From assembly GCA_046483305.1 (NCBI GenBank), contig JAWODM010000043.1, positions 1 to 64,000 on the forward strand: a stretch of 64,000 bases of DNA. The letters are read 5' to 3'. The stretch is from Candidatus Krumholzibacteriales bacterium. Its GTDB lineage: Bacteria; Krumholzibacteriota; Krumholzibacteriia; Krumholzibacteriales; WJIX01. A program made the translations under genes and the position numbers. Positions 30,871-37,477 of this stretch are shown here, one piece after another. Positions within the stretch are counted from its first letter, which is position 1; every line of letters begins with the position of its first letter. Under the pieces are notes generated by a model. It was not told where the DNA came from. It ran no database searches and saw only the letters and a program-made list of their open reading frames with translations.

Positions 30871-31064
30871 CTCTAACAGAGTTGCGGATTAGCGGTGGGA
30901 GCGCCCGCGAGCTTGCTCGCAGGCTTTACCGTCCGCTGCAGACGCTGATGGCCGGCGCGAAGCGGCGAACATCGGGCGGATGGAAATCCGCAGCTCTGAT
31001 GGCCCGGCGGGTGCAACGCAGCCGCCGTGACAGCCAAAACCGTCAGCTGCAAGCACTGTTTTAA
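30871..31064 (-). repeat. Chimeric attC module: half of a 12177-type attC fused to Y-Z-W
   Basis: RC of 30998-31055 closely matches 12186-12243; Z at 30947-30973; ends GTTAGAG. Confidence 0.85.
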
Positions 31065-31660
31065 TGATCCTGCCCTTTGTCGCCTTTTGCCCCTTCACTA
31101 TGGTGGCCCCCGCCTCCTTTGATCATGGCGTGCAACCCTTCCACGTAATGAGTAAAGATGACATAGGCTTTCACATATTCACGACCGGCCGCCACGGAAT
31201 CATTGGCATGCTTTCGAGTCTCACTGGTATGCTGAAAACGCTCACGAATGCCATTGGACAAGGCTTTCGTTAAGACATCAACAAGCTTGTCCACCGATCC
31301 GCTTTCCAAAGCATTATCGGCCAGAGCAACGGCCGGGTCTACAGCTTCACCTGGTTTCAATCCAGTATAGGGTGCGCCTTCACCGGCCCTGTGAATACGA
31401 ACCAGGGTTTCAAAAAAGTACATGTCAGCTAATTCTTTGGCCTCAGTACCTTTTACGCGAACTGCAAGAGTTTTTTGGAAAGCGGCTCGAATCTCTTTTT
31501 CATCATCGGCTTGCACCCATTTAAGAAGAGGTGTTACATCACCTTTCGCAAGTGCTTCTCTTGCCGCTTGTACAACTGGACCATCAAGCGTATCACAATG
31601 AGCAAAGGCGCTTTTGCTCATTGCAATGCATGTAAGCCCAATACCAGAAAAGACCGCCAT
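31061..31660 (-). CDS. DUF6448-like secreted protein
   Basis: AHCDTLDGPVV and FFETLVR.HRAGEGAPYTGLKP motifs. Confidence 0.75.
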   Translation of the reverse strand: MAVFSGIGLTCIAMSKSAFAHCDTLDGPVVQAAREALAKGDVTPLLKWVQADDEKEIRAAFQKTLAVRVKGTEAKELADMYFFETLVRIHRAGEGAPYTGLKPGEAVDPAVALADNALESGSVDKLVDVLTKALSNGIRERFQHTSETRKHANDSVAAGREYVKAYVIFTHYVEGLHAMIKGGGGHHSEGAKGDKGQDH

Positions 31661-31713
31661 GATACGAATGAAATACTATTTTAGCCATTTTCTCTTCCTT
31701 CGATTATTTGTTT

Positions 31714-31853
31714 GGCGAACATATAGTATACAGCCCTGCATAACTGAATAACCGCAATATAATCCCGCTGTATAACACAAATAAATTCACTTAATTTATC
31801 CCACCAGATTCCCGTAAACAGATACTACCAAATCGATCCTGTGCCTTGCAGCC
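31714..31853 (-). repeat. Internal copy of the attI/Pc-like leader
   Basis: 31721-31853 vs 37086-37218: 133 bp, 13 mismatches by manual alignment; followed by GTTCGCC on -. Confidence 0.85.
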
Positions 31854-31945
31854 GATCATCGCTTCACCAGCAGGCGGGGCTGGCAGGGCGGGTGCTCTGC
31901 GGCTGGCATGACAGACACATCTGCCTGGTGCAAGTAATGTTAAGC
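31851..31945 (-). other. attC site with R' GATCGGC
   Basis: GCTTAAC..cttgcaccag / ctggtgaag..GATCGGC on -. Confidence 0.75.
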
Positions 31946-31981
31946 GGAGATTGTTCCGCGCGCTCGCCCACTAAGATCGAG

Positions 31982-32425
31982 TTAGTTCTTCGTGTCTTCA
32001 ATGGGGAGCCGTCCCTCGATTCTCGAACTCAGCACCGTCCATGCAATGCTGCCGTCAGATTCAATCGTGAACGTAAATATCCCCGAACCTTCGATGTGCC
32101 CATCAGTAAACCGTGCGAATACCGTCTGCGCATTGAGGATACAGATCGACTCTTCGGCGTAAAATCCCATCGTACCTCCAAGGACACCGTCATTGGGAAT
32201 TACCTCTGCGTTGGCTTGCAGACTAGAGACGATTTGTTCAACCGGGCGCGTCAGTCCTATATTTTCGAGGACCTCTATCTCGACTCTCGAAATCAGATGC
32301 CCCGGAGGCTCGCCCGCTGATCCCGCAGTGCGTGCTGATTGCTGAGACGAGTCTGGTTCACGACTACAGCTCAGGATGGCCATGGCAACGACGGCCCAAA
32401 CCAGAATTATACTTCGATGAAACAA
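31982..32425 (-). CDS. Cassette gene: hypothetical lipoprotein
   Basis: GGGAGG RBS and TTG start after the attC; lipobox ILSC. Confidence 0.65.
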   Translation of the reverse strand: MFHRSIILVWAVVAMAILSCSREPDSSQQSARTAGSAGEPPGHLISRVEIEVLENIGLTRPVEQIVSSLQANAEVIPNDGVLGGTMGFYAEESICILNAQTVFARFTDGHIEGSGIFTFTIESDGSIAWTVLSSRIEGRLPIEDTKN

Positions 32426-32437
32426 AGACTTCCTCCC

Positions 32438-32503
32438 TTCTAACGATTTGAAAATCACCTGCAAGCCACTCAAAGGCTTGACAGGTGTATTTGCATGTTA
32501 GGT
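32438..32503 (-). other. attC site
   Basis: ACCTAAC..aaatacacctgtcaagcc / ggcttgcaggtgatttt..GTTAGAA on -. Confidence 0.85.
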
Positions 32504-32746
32504 CGCCTTTATTCGGCATAGGATTTTGGTACATTTTCCCTGATTAAAATCCTGACCATACAGTCTCAGGAACATTATAGCCCGAAATTCTGAAGTAGCT
32601 ATTTCTCCTTCGGCTGAAATGCCGGCACGAATTAACTCCCTGGCAGCAGAGAACATCCTGCATGCCATGGCCAAACGCTTCTCAGGCTCAAGAGCAAGAA
32701 GCTTGCGGGTAAAGAGTCGTTCGACAGTTTCCGATGTATCCTTCAT
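32498..32746 (-). CDS. Small partner protein of the nucleotidyltransferase
   Basis: TAATG coupling; MKDTS...L.PE.RL.M...F.RLYG pattern. Confidence 0.7.
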   Translation of the reverse strand: MKDTSETVERLFTRKLLALEPEKRLAMACRMFSAARELIRAGISAEGEIATSEFRAIMFLRLYGQDFNQGKCTKILCRIKAT

Positions 32747-33291
32747 TATTCTCTCAACTCGGAAAGTAATTCCTGGACTCCGAGATCCCCGGCCCACTTG
32801 TCAAGGTATTTCCAGTCCAAATCGTGTCCCGTTTGCAACATGGCTCTGACATCTTCCCGCTGGAGCTCTGAGTTACCGGCTTTGACCCAGTAAAGCTTCG
32901 ACAGAATCAAATCCTCCGGAGAGACCACCCAAATTGGTGCACCGCCGATAGTGAAATGCCTACGCCGACCAAACTCCAATTTTCTGTATTTGGTGTTCTT
33001 TCTCACAATGAAGTCCGCTTTAATGATCCATTCATTATGAATAATGTTGAACATCGTTCGAGAAGCTATTGCATCTCGAACTTCCTGTTCATCTACATAG
33101 CAATCCTTCTCGAAAAGCTTAACAATGGTTTCATGATCACAAGACTTGCACTCGATGACTAGATCTATATCCCTGGTCATCCTTGGCCTGGTATACAAAG
33201 CGAGAGCCATGGAACCTGTTAGCATATACGGAATCCCCCCCGAATCCAGCCTTCTCCCAATTTCCTTTATAAATTCCAGTTGCTCATTCAT
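32746..33291 (-). CDS. Minimal nucleotidyltransferase-like protein
   Basis: YMLTGS.A...Y..PR.T.DIDLV and SPEDLILSKL; cassette ends TTAGGTCGC/GCGACCTAA. Confidence 0.8.
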   Translation of the reverse strand: MNEQLEFIKEIGRRLDSGGIPYMLTGSMALALYTRPRMTRDIDLVIECKSCDHETIVKLFEKDCYVDEQEVRDAIASRTMFNIIHNEWIIKADFIVRKNTKYRKLEFGRRRHFTIGGAPIWVVSPEDLILSKLYWVKAGNSELQREDVRAMLQTGHDLDWKYLDKWAGDLGVQELLSELRE

Positions 33292-33344
33292 CTTGAATGA
33301 ACTATATCATGATTAAAATATTTTCTCACCTGTTTTTAAACGCG

Positions 33345-33476
33345 ACCTAAAATTCATCGCATCAGCTGCGGGACGGCATGGTGCGGCTTTGGTCTTTAAA
33401 TCAGAGACATTGTCGGCCTGCCGCAGCCCCTTCCAGAGCCGTGACAGGGCAGAGCCGACAGCTGCATGTGTTAGGC
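33345..33476 (-). other. attC site (degenerate R')
   Basis: GCCTAAC..atgcagctg / cagctgatgc..TTTAGGT on -. Confidence 0.75.
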
Positions 33477-33478
33477 GT

Positions 33479-34384
33479 TTATTTATTCTTCTTCACAGTA
33501 TACATAACCATACTACCGTTCTCTTTGGTAAATCCAGTAATAGGAGTTATTCTCTCATAGGTGAGATTTGCACTCCCCCATTCTGCCTTCGTAATTAGTA
33601 CCTGTTCTATAAGGCATTTTAGCCTAGTGTGCTTTTTAGAGGTTTCGCGTATTACATAAGTTAATTCTTTTAGTCCGGTTCTGCTGTCAGCATGACTCGC
33701 ACGACCTCTTAATGTATGATGTTCCTTCAATTCTTTTTTAGTAAATTCTAACTGTTTTGCAGGTTCATATTTAGATAGGCTATTAATAAGCTTTCTGCCC
33801 TTTTGTCCAAACGCTGATTCAAGTATTTTCCAATATTCTCTATACTTCAGAATTGGATCTGAAATCTTTAATGCTAAGGAATACAGTTTAAATCCAATAC
33901 TTCGCTCAAACATTCTTTTTAGATCGGCAGATTCCATCTCATTCAACACGAATGTACGGATAGAGGGCACTCCGCGCGTATCTTTCTTAACTAATCTTGT
34001 TGCAGCATCATTCAACCATTTTTCATCCGCCTGATTTTCTGGGATAAGACTTTCGCAATCAAACTGACCAGTAATATGAAGTGGGATATCTAAAATGAAA
34101 GAATAAATATCTATAAAAGTATTGAATATCGTCTTGTACATAGATGATTCAGGCACTTCAATTGTTGGAGTAAGTGGCTTATTCTTAACTGGATCATTTC
34201 TTTCGATTATTCTCAGCTTCGTAACTTCTACCGGGCCACAATATGTTGCTTTTAATTGAGACTTATCGTCTGAAAGATTGAAAAGCTTAATCGAACAACT
34301 TTTATAAACAGTTTCATATGGCAAAGCAAGATCATATGTAAGTTTGTGCTTAAATATGATCGTTTTTTCAACTTGGTACTTCAT
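33479..34384 (-). CDS. Cassette gene: putative HEPN-domain protein (ApeA/MauJ-like architecture)
   Basis: AT-rich ORF; C-terminal W.ILE...LRGRASH (Rx4H). Confidence 0.6.
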   Translation of the reverse strand: MKYQVEKTIIFKHKLTYDLALPYETVYKSCSIKLFNLSDDKSQLKATYCGPVEVTKLRIIERNDPVKNKPLTPTIEVPESSMYKTIFNTFIDIYSFILDIPLHITGQFDCESLIPENQADEKWLNDAATRLVKKDTRGVPSIRTFVLNEMESADLKRMFERSIGFKLYSLALKISDPILKYREYWKILESAFGQKGRKLINSLSKYEPAKQLEFTKKELKEHHTLRGRASHADSRTGLKELTYVIRETSKKHTRLKCLIEQVLITKAEWGSANLTYERITPITGFTKENGSMVMYTVKKNK

Positions 34385-34393
34385 ACTTTAAAT

Positions 34394-34515
34394 GACTATC
34401 GGTGTTGCAATAAGCGGCGGGCGCCACGAAACATCCTCGTAACATGGCTGATGATAGCTTCGCCCACAAAAGCTCAACGTCCATGCGCCCGTCCGTCTTC
34501 ATTGCATTGTTAGCT
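34394..34515 (-). other. attC site with R' GATAGTC
   Basis: AGCTAACaatgcaatgaagacggacgggcgc / gcgcccgccgcttattgcaacaccGATAGTC on -. Confidence 0.8.
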
Positions 34516-34538
34516 CGCTCTATCGCAATAGCATTTAC

Positions 34539-36908
34539 CTACTCAATAAGATCTCGTGCTCGCTCACTGTCTTTCAACGTTGCCAGGAAGGGATTCGTAA
34601 ACAGGCGCTCATCAAAACGAAATCCTTCATACTTTGCTCGCTCGAGCGCGTCAAATGCATCGTCGTCAAAACCAAGCGCACAGAATGCCTTCGCCTTTTC
34701 ATAGTACACCTTCGACATCGGATATCCGTGTGACTGCGCACTGTCTAGTTCGGATAGTGCCTCCTCGTATTCCCCAAGAATGATTAAATTTCTGCCAAGA
34801 TAGTAATGCGAGACGGAATTCGAGTCATCAAAAAGAACTGCTTGGCGAAACATCCGAACTGCTTCTTCATGATCTCGCCTGTTAAAATAGATTATTCCGA
34901 GCCCAAAGTATGCTGGCGCGAAGGTCGGGTCCTGTCGGATCGCCTTCCTGTTCTCTGAGATTGCCATATCTAGCCTACCCATTACCCGATGGGCCATGGC
35001 TAATCCTACTAACGCCTCAACATGCTCCCCGTTCAGGTCAAGTGCCCTTTGAAGCACTTTTGCAGCCTCCTCATTACGATGGGTCAGGTTTAGAACTTGG
35101 CCCCAGTATGAAAGGAGGTTCACAGATTCAGGGAAGAGATCGAGCGCCTGCTGGATCTCCCACTCGGCTTCCTCGAGTTGTTCGCTCTTGACCAGTACAT
35201 GCACAAGTGCGATCCATGCGTCGTAATTGCTTTCGTTGATCACAAGCGTCCGCCGGAGTTCAGCTTCCGCCTGCTCAAGGTTTCCAAGTTTCTGAAGTGA
35301 CAAAGCAATTCCGAATCGCGAGTATTCTGACTTTGGATTGACTTCAAGCGCCTGCTCATATGCCTCTTGAGCCTCTTCCCATCGATTGAGCTTGTTGAGA
35401 ACGGCGCCTCTATAACCGTGGACGTACCACTTGTCAGGATAATTTGTGAGCAATCTACCATAAATCTCGAGGGCAGACTCATACTCACCCTCGTCCAACT
35501 TGAACTGCGCGATAGCTAGAAGACGACGATCTTCTGATCGCTGATTATCAACTGCCAGTGCCCGCGAAATTGCCTCAGCGCCCTCCTCGACCAGTCCAAG
35601 TCTCTCATAAGTGCCTGCCAATCGATACCAAGCTGTAGTCCAAGCAGGCTTGAGAGATGCTGCATGGTTAAACTCTTGCACTGCGTCCTTGAGATGGCCT
35701 TGTCGGGCATAGGCACGTCCAAGGACGTAGTGAGTGGTCGCATCCTCCGGGGAGAGATGGTCTGCGATTGTAAGTGCGGTAACGGCCTCTTCCAAGGCGT
35801 CGCGATCAAGATACCATTCGGCGATTTCTACAAGTTCATCTACCGCACCGACAGCTTCCAGCATGGAAACTAGCCTGTCGGAGTCCGGTTGATTTCCTCT
35901 GATATCAAGACGATCAAGATAGGTGTCATAGGCTCGAATGAAAAAACCGTCCTCCTTCAGAAAGCCAATACTCCTCAATTCATCAAGCGCGATGCCAAAC
36001 TCGGTCTTTTTTCCGCGATATGGCGACAATAGGAACATATCCTCCAAAACGTCAGCACGTACTTGACCTAGTCCATGTTCATTTAGGCGAGCAATCAAAT
36101 CGACAAGCTGGCGTGTACTAACAGCCGACCGCTTAAGGCGCATTAGCGCCTCATTGCTTGGACTCTTTACTGAAAGGGGGGTCCCGTCCCAATATGAAAG
36201 ACCGGTTTCTGCCCGCTCCGCCAATCTCTGTCCCTGAACCTTGTTCCATATAGTGAGATGAATATGCGACCATCCTCGGAACTCTTTGAGGTGGTTTGTA
36301 ATCGCGGTCATCTCTGGGAGAGTACTTCTAATCGTTGCAACAACCACCAGTTTTCTTGCCTGATCCCTGATGTGACCGATCAAGTCAATAAGTTGCCCCG
36401 TCACGTCTATTTCTGACAATCGTGTAAAACGATCCAAATCATCCAGAAGTAATACATATCGTTTCCTCGACACTCTTATGTCCTCAAGAGCGGAGTCTAG
36501 CGCCTGTCGTCGAATCCGAAGAATTCTCCATTTCTGAAACACTTCCCGAATCCAATATATGGCAGCGTGTGACTTGCCGATCCCTGCCCTGCCGGATATG
36601 ATAATGTCTTGTCGAGACTCCAGTGCCTCCCGTATGTCGTCATCCCGAGTTATCGGAAAATAATCAGTAACGCCCCTCGCTTCGAATGAACCGACAATCT
36701 CGCTGAAATCGAATTTGCGAACCCCTTCGTCCTTGAGAAGTGCTCTTGACCTGTCCTTCTTTGACTGACGCCTATACTTCCACATCAGGCAGAGCGTCCC
36801 CAGACCAATGAATACAAGTATTACAGTCAGGACAAACACAGGCCCATCAGTATTCAATGACCTCAACCAGTCCCAGACAGTTTCGACAACTTGAAACGGA
36901 TGATTCAT
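34539..36908 (-). CDS. Cassette gene: TM - P-loop NTPase - TPR protein
   Basis: N-terminal TM, Walker A GRAGIGKS, Walker B LLLDDLD, long TPR array. Confidence 0.8.
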   Translation of the reverse strand: MNHPFQVVETVWDWLRSLNTDGPVFVLTVILVFIGLGTLCLMWKYRRQSKKDRSRALLKDEGVRKFDFSEIVGSFEARGVTDYFPITRDDDIREALESRQDIIISGRAGIGKSHAAIYWIREVFQKWRILRIRRQALDSALEDIRVSRKRYVLLLDDLDRFTRLSEIDVTGQLIDLIGHIRDQARKLVVVATIRSTLPEMTAITNHLKEFRGWSHIHLTIWNKVQGQRLAERAETGLSYWDGTPLSVKSPSNEALMRLKRSAVSTRQLVDLIARLNEHGLGQVRADVLEDMFLLSPYRGKKTEFGIALDELRSIGFLKEDGFFIRAYDTYLDRLDIRGNQPDSDRLVSMLEAVGAVDELVEIAEWYLDRDALEEAVTALTIADHLSPEDATTHYVLGRAYARQGHLKDAVQEFNHAASLKPAWTTAWYRLAGTYERLGLVEEGAEAISRALAVDNQRSEDRRLLAIAQFKLDEGEYESALEIYGRLLTNYPDKWYVHGYRGAVLNKLNRWEEAQEAYEQALEVNPKSEYSRFGIALSLQKLGNLEQAEAELRRTLVINESNYDAWIALVHVLVKSEQLEEAEWEIQQALDLFPESVNLLSYWGQVLNLTHRNEEAAKVLQRALDLNGEHVEALVGLAMAHRVMGRLDMAISENRKAIRQDPTFAPAYFGLGIIYFNRRDHEEAVRMFRQAVLFDDSNSVSHYYLGRNLIILGEYEEALSELDSAQSHGYPMSKVYYEKAKAFCALGFDDDAFDALERAKYEGFRFDERLFTNPFLATLKDSERARDLIE

Positions 36909-36957
36909 GATACTCTCACTAGTCTTGATTCGCAGGCTCAGACTTGAAGTGGAGTCG

Positions 36958-37085
36958 GGTTAACAGAGCTGCGGATGGAAATCCGCAGCTCTGATGGTAC
37001 GGCGCTGAGCGCCACCATCTATCATAACTTCATTTAGATATTCTCCATTCATATATCCCTTAATCCGCAAAGCGTCCGCGCCATC
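36958..37085 (-). repeat. Module X (36993-37085) plus perfect mini hairpin Y (36965-36992)
   Basis: On -: GATGGCGCGG...CCATC AGAGCTGCGGAT-TTCC-ATCCGCAGCTCT GTTAACC. Confidence 0.85.
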
Positions 37086-37218
37086 ATATAGCATACAGCC
37101 CTGCATAACTGAATAACCACAGTATGACCCTGCTGTATAACACGAATGAATTCACTTAATTTATCCCATCAGATTCCCGTAAACAGATACTACCAAATTG
37201 ATCCTGAACCTTGCAACC
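37086..37218 (-). promoter_or_regulatory. attI/Pc-like leader of the - strand array
   Basis: TTGCAA-18-TAGTAT promoter reading into the array; three GTTATnCAG direct repeats before the first cassette junction. Confidence 0.6.
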
Positions 37219-37477
37219 ATTGATTTACAAGCGCCTCGCAGTATAATTCTACAACGCTTCCGCGCCCTGTATTCAGATCGAGCTGATGCTGCCTGTGGTC
37301 ATCGAAAAACCTCAGCTGCCGCTTTCCGATACTTGAAAAATTGGGGCAACTCCACATTATCAATATTTTTTCCAATCCGTATCGGACTTGATTATATTAG
37401 GATAACTGTGATAACTTTCTTAAACGGGCAATTTGCCTTTTTGTCGATTATACTTTCCATGGAAGGGAATTGAGTTA

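Noticed and set aside
37198..37473. ORF divergent from the attI-like leader as intI
   Set aside because: Only 91 aa, with no tyrosine-recombinase R-H-R-H-Y motifs.
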